Part shown: positions 22,101 through 33,879 of the stretch, in pieces
Numbering within the stretch: position 1 is the stretch's first letter
Layout: each line of letters begins with the position of its first letter
Made by a program: the position numbers and the translations under genes
Notes under the pieces: model-generated
Told to the model about the DNA's origin: nothing
What the model saw: only the letters and a program-made list of their open reading frames with translations
The model's database searches: none
DNA from: Chrysemys picta bellii
Taxonomy: Eukaryota
Direction: 5' to 3'
Length of the DNA stretch: 64,000 nt
NCBI RefSeq assembly: GCF_011386835.1
Contig: NC_088792.1
Location: 289,478,001-289,542,000 of the forward strand

Positions 22101-24798
22101 GGGCACTGCAAGTACCAGGAGGGAGGGGCTGGGTGGAGCCGGCTGCATCGTGGGGCCCATTAGCACTGTGTAGTGGGGGTCGAGCAGGCTGCCCGCAGGG
22201 GGGTGAGAGCACCAGGGCCCCCCGATGGCCAACACCTTGGGGTTTGACTGGGGCGCTCCAGAATGAACAGCGGGGGCTGCTGTAACCCTCTGTAGCAAGG
22301 GCTGTGCCAGCTGCTGTCCTCTGCGGATGGGCCGAGACGGGGCCCACGCCACGCTCACTCGTACGCTATGGGGCAGGCTGCCCCATGAGTACCAGGTGCT
22401 GGGAGCTGCCGTGGGCCATGCAGCCCATGCCCCGTCCCTGGGGAGGCTGGGCCTGGTGCCAGCCCCTCTAACCCCCAGCCTCCTCCCGCAGCGGGGTGAT
22501 CCTGTACGCCATGGTGACCGGGAAGCTGCCCTTCAAAGAGCGCCAGCCTCACAAGATGATCCACATGATAAAACAGGGCCTCTCCTTCCGGCAGCCCCTC
22601 TCCCCAGGTAACGCCCACGCCCTGCACCTGCCCATGGAGAGCCGCGGCATGAGCCCTGCTGCCCCTGAGCAGGGTCCCCGAGCAGCCAGGCAGGGTCGGG
22701 GCTGCCCTGAGGCAGGAGGGGAAGGGCACGAGCGCAGTGCGGAAGCGAAGTGTCAGGCTTTGTGGAGAATCAGCCAGAGCTGGGGCAGGGAACGAGCCGG
22801 CTCCCACTTTGCCCCACGGCTCCTGCTTTGCGCTGAGGAGTGAGGGCTGCCCCCAAGCCCTGCCCCAGGCCGACTCCAGCCCCTCCTCACACCAAACACC
22901 GGCCTGGAGAGCAGGGAGGGAAAAGCCAGGCAGCGCACGTGGGGGTGGCTGGGGGCCGGGGGAGGGCCCATGGAGCCCAGCGCGCTGCACATGGCACCGG
23001 TGCCCCTGCCCCACTCTGGGAGCCCGGCCGGGAGGGTGGCGGGGAAGCCGCCCTGCCAATGCGTGGGCAGGCCCGGCCGCCAGGCTCCAGCCCCTCTCTT
23101 TGTGCCAGAATGCCAGAGCCTGATCCAAGGCCTGCTGCAGCTGAAGCCTGGGGCCCGGCTGGGCTTGCAGCAAGTGGCCACGCACCGCTGGATGCTGCCC
23201 GCCACCTCGGCCATCTTCCAGCAGGCACTGAACGCCACGGGCAGGCCCCCGGAGCGCAGCCCAGCCCTGGAGAAGCCGTCCGCCCAAGGTGGGTGCCTGC
23301 CCTGCCCCCGGGTCTGCCTTCAGCGGGCAGCCCCACAGCTGGGGGGCACGGGATGGGGAGCGCTGGGCTGAACACAGCCGGGAGCGGCCTTGCCAGTGCC
23401 AGGCCTGGCTCCGTGACAAGCCAAGGAGCCCCAGGCCAGCAGTAGCACCCCTTGGGGGCTCAGCTCCCCCCTCCAGCAGCCCCCCATCTGAACTGAGCAC
23501 TGCTGCCCAGCGGTGTCCCCGCCCCAAAGAAAAAACACACCCCCTGAACAGCTCCTCAGCTAGCAGCACCAGGAGTCCGTCCCCCCCACCCGCCCGGGTA
23601 CCCCACAGGTCATAGCCCCACAGCCGGCCGGGGGAACGTGACACCGACCCCCTGGGCACCCTGCAGGAACTCACCCTGCAGCCAGGGGAACGTGACACCG
23701 ACCCCCACCCCTCCCCTGGGCACCCCGCAGGACCTTGCCCCGCAGCCAGGGGAACGTGACACCGACCCCCACCCCTCCCCTGGGCACCCGGCAGGAGCTC
23801 GCCCCGCAGCCGGGGGAACGCGACACCGACCCCCACCCCTCCCCTGGGCACCCGGCAGGAGCTCGCCCCGCAGCCAGGGGAACGCGACACCGACCCCCAC
23901 CCCTCCCCTGGGCACCCGGCAGGACCTCGCCCCGCAGCCGGGGGAACGCGACACTGACCCCCACCCCTCCCCTGGGTACCCCGCAGGACCTCGCCCCGCA
24001 GCCGGGGGAACGCGACACCGACCCCCACCCCTCCCCTGGGTACCCCGCAGGACCTCGCCCCGCAGCCGGGGGAACGCGACACCGACCCCCACCCCTCCCC
24101 TGGGCACCCCGCAGGAGCTCGCCCTGCGGCCAGGGGAACGTGACACCGACCCCCACCCCTCCCCTGGGCACCCCACAGGACCTCGCCCCGCAGCCAGGGG
24201 AACGTTACACCGGCCCCTCTATCCCTGCCGCTTCCTTTTTGCAGGTGAGAGCGGAGGCGCCGTCTCTTTGCTGCCAGACCTGGAGAGCTCGGCCAAGCCT
24301 CCGGAGGGAGCCGCCAAGGGAACCAAAGCTCCCGCAGGCCCTCGTGCCTCCTCTGCGCAGGACGCCTTCCCCATCCGAGCCGAGATGGACGCCAAGGCCC
24401 CCGAGCTGATCTCTGCCGGCTGCCTCCATCAGCTGCCCTCGCCGTGCCAGGCTGAGCGCCCCCCGCGATTCTCCCTGTACCGGCCCTGCCTGCTCTCCGG
24501 CCTCCGGCCCTTCCACCACCTCCTCAACTTCCGCAAGCCCGGCTCCGCCACCTCGGCCAGCGCCCACGTGGCCAGCTGGCGGCTGGGCGAGAAGAGCCCC
24601 GCTGTGGCAGCAGCGCTGGGCAGCGACTCCTGCAAGCCGTCATCTCCCTCCACTCCATGTCCAGGATCCGGAAGCCCCCGCCGGAGTCCATCACAAACTA
24701 GAGGGGGCCTCACCCAGGGCCAGACCGGCGACCCCCCCGCTTGGCCCTACCCCGACAGAAACAAACCCCATACACATGGATGCAGCCCACACTATTAA
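16104..24798 (+). CDS. TSSK5: Testis-specific serine/threonine kinase 5, intact, 517 aa
   Basis: Exons 16104-16307, 17698-17805, 18490-18692, 19616-19671, 21883-22015, 22492-22607, 23109-23288 and 24245-24798 (1554 nt). All are GT-AG with continuous phase. Motifs: GSGAFSKV, VAIK, HRDLKCEN, DFG, GSVAYTAPE, DLWSLG. The TSSK5-specific insert between the Gly-loop and VAIK (YATQEKLKQNYKLASDLRSKRHAM) is present. The last exon is the least certain. Confidence 0.93.
20125..20900 (-). mobile_element. Old CR1 3' fragment in TSSK5 intron 4
   Basis: Reverse-complement CR1 3' features (…gatcatctagcc…tctagtttgaatg…aagtcaccccctaaccttctc…). Boundaries are approximate. Confidence 0.7.
23631..24212. repeat. 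64-bp minisatellite, about 9 copies, TSSK5 intron 7
   Basis: The motif cg(c/t)gacacc recurs at 23691, 23755, 23819, 23883, 23947, 24011, 24075 and 24139, with a diverged copy at 24203 (period 64). Confidence 0.95.
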
Positions 24799-26349
24799 AT
24801 GTTATTCAGTCGAGGGCTCTCAGCTGTCCCCCACCGGCCTCCCTCTAGGCCCGGTACCCCCCAGCTTGTCTCAGACCCGTTGCCCACAGGCCTGTCTCTT
24901 CATTCCTTTATGCACCCCTGCCTCTCCCACAGGACCATCTACTCCCCCAGGCCTCTCCCAGCCATGGCCATGCACAGCCTCTCTCCTGCCATCCCCTCTG
25001 GGGCCTTTCTTCTCCAGCCACCCTCCCCTGCCAGTCCCACAGCCTGCGCAGGGAGCAGCTCGGGTCATAGCCGTGGAGCAGAGGGGATGAGAACTTGGGA
25101 ATGAGGGGAGAGGAACCCAGCCACAGGGCCTGGATCCCTTGGTGACAGGCCCCCTGGAACAGGACTCCGGGGGACGAGGAAAACACCCTGCTGGGGCAGA
25201 GGGAGAAGGCCCCGGAGGGAGGCACAGGCCCTGCCAGCACTGAGACAGAAGCAGTGACCCACTGGGCCTGGCCAGACTTAGGGGGGGCCGGGGGTAGGAG
25301 AGTCCCGCCGTTTCGCCCATTCACAGACCAGACAGCTGAGCTGGGGCCCACACCTCCAGGCTGCCCAAGCTGCTCTTGAGGCCGGAGCGAGATGGGGTGG
25401 TTCATGTCCCCTTCGCAGCCCCCCAACCTCAGGGGCAGGCTCAAGGCAGCGCCGACTTCCAGCCAGCCACCTGCAGGCCCCCAGGGCCATGCTCAGATGC
25501 TGGGGGACACAGAGCCGCTGTGCCAGGGTCTTCCAGGCAGGAGACAACACACGTGGGGTAGTTGGGGCGTCCGGCCTCTCAAGTGTATTTAGCAGCTAAG
25601 GACAGAACCCAGCCCAAAGCCACTGCCAGCTCCTGCCCCCCAGCCCCGGCTCTGCCTCCCCATCCTCCCCCCGTCTGGAGTTAAATAGCAGGTTACTGCT
25701 GTTCCGGGGGCTCGGCAGTCATCTCCCCCTCGCTAGAGACACATCCCGTGCCCAGGCAGGGCTGGAATCAGCATCCCCCAGGTTCACCTGTGTGGACACC
25801 AGCTCAGCATGTGCCCCTGCCCGTTCAGGACGGGGGGCTGGCACAGCGCTGGGTGCAGGCGAGAATCTCAGGCCACAGCCCAGGCAGCGGCCTGCCGCCA
25901 TGCTGACTGCAGGGGGCAGCCCCACAGCCAGGGCGCACCATCACCTCCCACTGTGCCCCAGCCCCGCCCTGCCGAGCAGCTCCTCTGGGCCAGCACTGCT
26001 GCACCATGCAAGGGGGAACCTGGCCCCCCGGAGCCCAGCTGAGACCCCCCAGATTCATCTCGCCTGGGTCAGGCAGTGGTGACTGATGTGGGCTGGAGCG
26101 ACGCAAGGAACCTCAAGGGGAGGAGCTCCCAGTCCCAGTCCCCTCTCTCTGGTCCAGAGCCGCCAGGCTGCGCTGGGCACTGGCGTCTCTACAGACCTCG
26201 CCTCTGGATTAAGGGCAAGGGTGGCTGCATCCGGTTCCATTGGGCACGGCTGGGCGTGGCTCCCACGACGGCTGGCAGGTCGCAGCCCTCGGCTGGGCAG
26301 AGTCCGAGCACCCCCCACGCTGCCGGGGCAGGGCGAGCAGGTCAGCAAG

Positions 26350-29300
26350 TCACCTCGACAGCCCCGAGGATCCCATCTGCGCCCCAGGCCCCTTGCTCTG
26401 CGTCTCCTGCTGCCCTTGCTGCCGCTCCTCCTCCCGGTCCAGATGCTGCAGTCGCTCCTCCACGTCCTCGGGGATCTTCACCTCCAGCAGATTCTCCATC
26501 CCGGGCTCTGGCTCATCCCCAATCAGCACCTGCCCAGGGCACAGCAGCAGGGCTTCAGAGGGGAAACCAGCCACCGAGTGGCCAGGGACCGGCCAGCAGC
26601 GCCCTGCTCCCTACCCGCACGGACCCCCTTCTCCTCCAGCATCCCCTGCAGAACCCACTGGGCAGTACAATGACTGCACCACCATGTGGCAGCATTGAGC
26701 CCCCGCTTGTCTGCATTTGCCCGGCAGAGACCGGACCCCACCCTGGAGTTTAATAGAGAGGGGGGCCCCAAAGACCCCAACCTGGGTGGGGCCCAATTGC
26801 CCATGCCCCCTGCCCTGCAGATGCTGAGCCACATGGACACGCTGGGCCTCTGCCCCTACCTGGATCAGCTTCTCGCAGGCAGCCTGGACGTCGGGCTCCG
26901 TCTCCCACTGGTGGAGCTCCCGCACGACCAGGTAGGTGCCCTTCTCCTTCACCAGCTGCCGGCCGGCCTTGGTGGCGGTGAGCTGCGTGGGAAGCAAACC
27001 AGGGGGAGGGGCCAGGCCCCGGATCAGACCCAGCCACAGCCAGCGTGAGCAGCACGGGGAGGAGCAGCGTGGGCCCGGCCAGCCCCAGCTGTTTCAGAGG
27101 GAGGCCAGTGTTATGGAGTCGGGGAGTCAGGGCCCTACACCCCTCTTCCTGGGATTCACCCTGACTCTCAGCCAGCCAGTAAAACGGAAGGTTTATTGGA
27201 CAATAGGAACACAGTCTACAGCAGAGCGTGTAGGTACAACCAGGACCCCTTCTGGGGGGTTCAGGGAGCTTGGGGTTCCCTGCGTTCCACCACCCAGCAC
27301 CAAACTGAAACCAAACCCAAACCCCTCCAGCAGCTCTCTCCCCTCCCCTCTGCTCCTCCTCCCCTTTGTCCAGTCTCCCGGGCAGGTGGTGTCACTTCTC
27401 CCAGCCCCCTCCCGGCTCAGGTTATAACTCAGGTAGCTCAATGTAACTCCCAGGCTCCATTCCCAGGTCACAGGCAGTTGTGGGAAAGCCCCTTCCTAGC
27501 CCCACCAGAGAGTGGCTGTCTCCTGCCCTGCAGCAGCAGGGGTCCTAACCCTCCAGCGGAAGTGGGGCTGGGGATCCTGAGAGCAGGGAGGGTCGCACAG
27601 ATAGGGGGCAGCAGCAGGTGGGAAGGGGTGGGGGGGTCCTCCTGCAGGAAAGGGGGCATCTGCAAAGAAACCCTCTCTTCCCCAGCCGCCTTGTCCCCCA
27701 TCCCATCCCGGCCCGTGCCCCCCTCCCCCAGTGTTCTACAGCAACCCACCAGCATGACTGCCTCTAGCAGCATCTTCCGGATGTCAGGGTCCTTCTCCCG
27801 CTGCTTGTCCTGCGGCAGGTACTGCAGGTCCACGGGCAGCCCTGGGGCAGAGCCAGGCGGGGCGTTAGAACAGGGCACATGGATCTACCGGCTCCTGCCA
27901 GCAAACTGCAGAGCCCTCCACCCCCACGCCGCCCCGCCACTCACTTTACCACCCCCCAGCAGAGGGGAAATGAGAGCAGAAAACAATTGAATTCTTTGTT
28001 CCCAGCTGCACAACTCTGCCACCGCTAGACCCCCCTCCCCAAACACTAGTCCCCAAAGCCCCCCTCCTAGCATCCCCCCTCCTCACTTTCCATTTCCGCT
28101 TCAGGGAATTCCTCAGGGCCCGCCAAAGGCAGCAGGAGGAAGGGGAGCAGGTCCACCTCGGCGCCTAGCAGCCACTCATGGTACTCTGGGAACAGACACC
28201 CACACACAGGCTGGGATCAGAAGAGGGCTCAGAAATCACCAGGAGAGGGGGCGTAACAGGGGGAGTGCACCCATCAGGGCCTTGCAGTGAGCCCGCCAGA
28301 CAGGAAACCTCACGGGCCACACGGGGGCGCTGCCAAGCAAAAGCACAAAGCCCGGCCAACTCCTCTGGGAGGGAAGGGACATGCAAGCCCTGATTGGGGC
28401 CTGCGTTGTGCTGGGGAGCGGCCAGGCCTGGGCACAGAAGCCAGAGGTCCCGCACGGGGGGGCGGGGGTTAGAGCCCAGAGCTCTAAGGCACAGGCTGGT
28501 TCAGGAACCAGCTGATACCAAGAAGTCCACTCAGGGCTCGGCCGAGGCAGCGAAGCGAGCAGGATCCCAGGGGTGAGGGACACTAAGTACCCCCCCAAAT
28601 GCAAAACACTTACTGTACTCGAAGCAGCAGTTCCTGAGCGTCCCGATCACCCCCCCTCGGCGGATGGCGGAGGCCTCGTACTGCGTGTAGGGCAGCAGCC
28701 TCTGTACCACGCACCTGGGCAGAGGAGGGGCCCTTGTCAGAGATGGGCATGCACACGCTGGGCCCTGGCATGGGCACGCCCTGGGGCATTGCAGTGATGC
28801 AGCCGTGTCAGTCCCAGGACATTAGAGAGACAAGGTGGGGGAGGGAATATCTTCGACTGGGCCAGCTCCTGTTGGGGAGAGAGACCCACTTTCGAGCTAC
28901 CCAGAGCGTCCTGCCGGCAGAAGAGAGGACCTCCCCCAACCTTGTCTCTCCATTGCACCAATGGATGAACAGTCTGACCTGGGGCAGCCCTGAGCCCACG
29001 CATCCCCCCGCCCGCTGTCACGTTCCCAGCTCGCAGGCCACTTCCGAGAGCGCCAGCACCCACCTGGATCTGTCCAGCAGGAACTCCCGGGTCTCCGGCA
29101 GCTGAGTCAGATTGGAGAGCAGGGGGCCCAGGTAGTGCAGAGCTGCCTTCTTGTTGTAGCCTTCGGTGCAGAACGCCTCCACCACCCAGGCCAGCCCCAG
29201 CCCCGCCTCCTGCACGGCCTGGAAAACCTGGCGGCAGGTGCCCTCCTCCCGGGACAGGTTGGAGAGGAGGGTGCAGACCTGGTCGGCGAAGGCGTAGCCC

Positions 29301-29593
29301 GGGTCCAGCAGGCGGTGCAGCAGCACTGGGAGCTCCTTGGCCAGGACCTCGTGGGTGGCCACGGCCACAGACAGGTTGATGAGCGAGTGGTAACTGTCCT
29401 TCACCACGGCCAAGGAGCGGTCACCCGTCAGCAGCAGCAGAGCCTCCAGGAAATCCGGCCTGCCTGCCAGCAGCGTCCGCCCCTCCACATTGCCCGTGAG
29501 CCCCAGGATGTAGCCTGTGGCCTGGCCCTTTAGATCAGGCCGGGTGTCCAGGTGGAGGAACCCCAGCAGCTCTCTGGCCTGCACCTCGTCCAT
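26350..29593 (-). CDS. HGH1: Protein HGH1 homolog (eEF2 chaperone), 374 aa
   Basis: Exons 29593-29064, 28714-28614, 28185-28087, 27841-27750, 26982-26860 and 26529-26350 (1125 nt). All are GT-AG and phase-consistent. Peptides CVVQRLLPYTQY…RRGGVIGTLRNCCF, HEWLLGAEVDLLPFLLLPLAGPEEF, LPVDLQYLPQDKQREKDPDIRKML and VLIGDEPEPGMENLLEV are HGH1 hallmarks. Confidence 0.96.
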
Positions 29594-30170
29594 GCTGGGG
29601 CAGGAGGCCTGGAGGCGCCGCCCTGCAGACAAAGGGACCTGTCAGGTGGGTGGAAGGGGACTGTTGGCCCCTCACTAAAACTCAGTAGGGAGGTTTTGGT
29701 TGCTAGCTCCCAGTACCAAAAGAAAGGGGAAGGGTGGATGGGAAACCAGGACCCTGAGACTGACCGTCCCCAGGGGCAATGGGGAGAGACCAATGCTCCA
29801 GGTCAGCCTGATAGGGCGGGTGGGCTAATGAGGCAGGGGGTCCCATCTTCCCTGTGAGCTGGCATTGTCTGGGCCACAGCGGAGCAAGCGAGCTAAGGAG
29901 AGAGCAGGAGCCCGAGCAGAGCTGGGCCAGCCAGAGGGACCCAGAAACCAGATCCGTGCTGGGAGCAGAGCAGAGCAACCGGGGCCAGAAGCTAAGCCCA
30001 GGGAGCTGGAGATAGTGCTGGGGCAGAGTGGGGCTGGAGCCGTCCGGAGCCGGGTGCAGTGAGCAGCTCGGAAGAGCGAGGGGGGACCCCGGGCAGCAAG
30101 CCCAGCACAGGGGGATTCTCCCAGCCAAGAGGCCTTGCAGGCCAGACGAGGGGCGCGGCTCCCAGCGCTG

Positions 30171-30266
30171 GGGCACTGTCTACACGGGCGCTTTACAGCG
30201 CTGCAACTTGCTGCGCTCCGGGGGTGTTTTTCACACGCTGTGAAGTGCCAGCGGAGACAAGCCCCA
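30171..30266. mobile_element. Internally deleted palindromic MITE with gtctacac-type termini
   Basis: Starts gggcactgtctacac and ends gcggagacaagccc (degenerate inverted termini), with an internal cagcgctgcaacttgctgcgct. Confidence 0.45.
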
Positions 30267-30779
30267 AGGGTCCGACCCGCAGCATCCCTGCAGCACAGCC
30301 AAGGCCTAGGACACGGGAGGAACAGACTGTGAACTGCCCTGGCACCCCGGAGACGCGGTGACGTCCCGGGGCCACAGAGCGGGGTGACGGGTCTTCCTTT
30401 CCCCTCTCCCATTTTTTCCTTCTTTTTTTAACGGGTTACTGGTTACTAAAGTGTGTTTGCTTCGAGCTGTATGCAGTGCTCAGTGGGGCAGGGAAGCGCC
30501 CCGTGCAGAGAGCACCCGGATGGGGACACCCCGCCCCGAGTGAGCATGCCAAGGCTGGGGGGCGAGCCCCCAGGAATGCTGGGCCCAGCCGTGTCGGGGT
30601 TACGAGGACTCTGCCCCACAGGGGCGTGGAACGGGAGCCCTGGGGGGCAGGCGGAAGGGGAGCGGGGACTCGGATCCTGGCCCCAGCCCGTCTCACCGGG
30701 GTCGTGTCTGAGCCAGGGAAGGGCCACACAGGAGCGGCCCGTCCCCCGCCTGCACCGGGAAGGGCTCGGCCCGGGGCCG

Positions 30780-31000
30780 CTGGACGGGGCCGGGCCGCCA
30801 ATGGGACCCAGGCGTCCTGGCTCCGGGCCCTGCTGCGCGTCACCCAGGGGCGGGCGGGGCCCCCCTTGCCTGTCCCCGGCGCCGTCCGGGCTCAGCGTCT
30901 CGCCGCCACGTGCGTCTCTGCGGCGCGGGGTCCGGTCCCTGCTGCGGGTGCACTGCGCATGCGCACCCGCCCTGAGCATGCCCAGTAACCCTCGCTGTCG
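30780..31000 (-). promoter_or_regulatory. HGH1: CpG-island promoter and likely non-coding exon 1 of HGH1
   Basis: CpG-dense. Perfect NRF1 palindrome TGCGCATGCGCA (30954-30965) and E-box CACGTG (30907-30912). The first coding exon has an acceptor at 29623/29622, just upstream of the ATG. Confidence 0.7.
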
Positions 31001-33879
31001 CCACTGCCCTCTCTCTGCCCTCACTTGCTGCCGCCTCTTCGGGGGGGTGTCAAAGGCTGAAGGGGCCAGTCGCCGCGGGGGGGCGGGTCAGGGCCTGAGC
31101 AGGGGGCAGGAAGTTACTGGCCGGGGGGGGGCTCCAGCTACGGTAGCCGGCGGCAGGAGAGGGGGCTGAAGGGGAAACTCGGGGGGGGGAGACGCTGCCA
31201 GACCCTCGTGCAGGGAGAAAACCCCCGTCTGGGGGGGGGGCAGTGACCCCGTGGGATGAGCCACCCGCTGTGCTCGCTAATCTGGGGGTGTCGGGAGGGG
31301 GGGGGGCAGAGGGGGGGGGGGGTTCGTTCTGCTCACGGGACGCGGCATGTCAGCCCCGAGCAGGGGGCGGGTTCCTGGGACTGGGTCTTAAAGGCACAGG
31401 CCTCCAATTCCTAGCCTGTCACAGCTTCATCACCGCAGCGCCTCGCTATCCTACACAAGTGTGGCAGGGCCAGGGCTGCCTGGGGTGTGTGTCAATTTTC
31501 CACAGGGGCCCCCACGAGTATGTCGGAGGCTGCCCCCGCCTCCGTCTTCCCCCAAGCCCCGGTGTCTCAGCACGCTGTGTCCGGGAGCGGCCCTGGCGCG
31601 CTGCAGCGCCGTGGCTCCAACGCTGTCCGAGGCCGCTCCTGGACGCTGAATCCTCTGGGCAGCCCTGTGCAGGGCTACGTTCCTGCTCCAGCCAGGAGAC
31701 TGAATGCGGTGAAATATTGTACAGACCCTCCCTCCCTCCAACTCTGCCTCTCACATTTTGAATATGTAAAAGTGTCTTCTATCAGTTTCTATGTCTATAT
31801 GAAATCACGGCAGCTCCTTTCTCTTATATAACGTGCTGAGTTGCTAACTCCCTCCCAGAGCCCACATATCCGCACCCCCTCCTGTACCCCAATCCCCTGC
31901 CCCAGGTCAGAGCCTGCACCCCTCACTCAAACTCCCCATAGCCTGCAACCCTCCTGCACCCCAACTCCATCCCCGAGCCTGCACCCCAAAAAGGTCTGGA
32001 TTAACCTTTTGTGAGCCTGGTGCTAACCATATTTGTGAGCCCCCATGGGGGAAATGGGGACATGGGGCAGGGGGCAGAGTCCTCAGAGCGACGGGCTGGC
32101 CAGGGGCAATGGGAGATGAGATGGGTCATGGCACAGCAGGGACAGCCCCGTTCCACCCAGCGCAGTACAAGGGCACTGTTTACAAAGTGGGAGCTGCCAG
32201 ACGCACACTGGCCAGCCCGGCCCTGCGCTCCCATCGTGCTTCTTCCCCTTCGGGGCAGTCCCATGCTGCACCATGCTACCCCCCTGCCCAGCACCCCTCT
32301 GACTCCCTACGCCCAGTGCCACACCACCCAGAGACCCCCACAAACCCCCAGCCCAGTGCCCTCCCACAGACCACTCCCCCACCCACTCAGAACCCCCCCA
32401 CAGATCCTCTCACTGCCCAGTGCCCCCTAGCTGGAGACCCCCCACAGTCCTCCCACAACTGCACAGTGCCCTGCACCTCCCCACCCAGAGCCCTCCCCAG
32501 ATTCCCTCACTGCCCAGTGCCCCCCACTGCCACAACTGCCCAGTGCCCCGCACAGACCCCCCACACTTCCCAGTACCCCGACACACACAGATCTCCCCCA
32601 CTGCACAGCCCCCCCAACACACACAGATCTCCCCAACCCCCACTGCACAGCACCCTCCCCCAGACCCACTAGAGACCTATTCTCCCACACCCTAAACCCC
32701 AGCCACAATACCCGGCCCTGATGGGAGGTGACTGTGTCTGCCAGGCTAAGCCGGCAGCACAGCCAGAGCTGGTCCTGGGGCAGGATAACTCCGGCCCCTT
32801 GGGGGTGCAATCAGCCAGGCTGGAGCAGGAGCAGAGCCTACCTGGGCCAGGCTCCCTCAGGACCCACATGCCTGGCAGGACCTAGCTGAGCCTCCCACAC
32901 TCTCCCCCTCCCCCAGCCATCCCCTGTGACTGGCTGAGACTGGCCCAGCCTCTGCACCAGTCCCGGGTGGCTCTTTCCCTGGGGAGGCAGGTGGGGCCCC
33001 ACAGGTCCCAGGCAGTGGAGACAGCTCAGAGCTGGAGCAGTGCTTGGGAGTGGGGCAGATCCCTGGGACGTGACTCCCCAGATCCCACCCACACCGTTTG
33101 GCCCCATGGCCAGCAGCCCTGCCGAGCCCACATGGTGGCCCCCAGCTGCTGGGTGATGAGCCCTCTACAGCAGCGGCATAGCCAGGTTCTAACATCAGGG
33201 ATTGATTGTATTATGTATAGTAAGTGTTTAATATAAAAATCAGGTGGTAGGGTTTACAATGTTCTAACAAGAGATTATGCTATTACCATTCGCCAGTCAA
33301 CTTGCACACCACTATTTTGAATGAGTGATAATTCAGAGAGAGAGAAAGAAAAAAGCTGAATTTAGAGAATAATTATTAACCAGATTCTTAGTTATTCACC
33401 AGCCACTTTGCTCCAGTCCACAGCACAAAGCACCATAAACCCAGTAGAATCTGGCCAAGAGAATAAAGGCTACACTCCCCCCGCCCCCATTCCCAGTCAC
33501 CACTATTCAGGAGATAGCAATCGTCCAATAGATCAATTTGTCACATTAGCCAGGAGGAAGCAGGTTGTGAGTGTTTTCGACCCCAAACCCCATCTCTCCT
33601 GATTCGCAGCCCCATGGACCAGTGACAGGTGCATGAGCAGCCAAGTCATTGGAAATAAGCAAGGAGGAAGCCAGTGGAAAAATGGAAGGGGCCCCTCTGG
33701 TCTCACCTTGGGCTCGGGGGCACGCGCCGTCCCCCCAAACCCTACCTCCCTTTTCAGGGATTCAGTGAAAGGGGCCCCTCTGGGCAGGAAGCAGAGCGGG
33801 AGTGTTTTTGACCACATTCCCCACCCCTCCTGACTCGCAACCCCACGGACCAGGCGGGAGCAAGGGACCCAGATGTCAC

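Noticed and set aside
22355-24798. 575-aa minus-strand ORF and other long ORFs over 23.6-24.2 kb
   Set aside because: They arise from GC-rich sequence and the 64-bp VNTR. Only the 24245-24798 part of the plus-strand ORF is retained, as TSSK5 exon 8.
28087-28096. ISRE-like TTTCCATTTC
   Set aside because: It lies within HGH1 coding exon 3 (reverse of EME codons). It shows that such motifs arise by chance, which tempers the ISRE findings.
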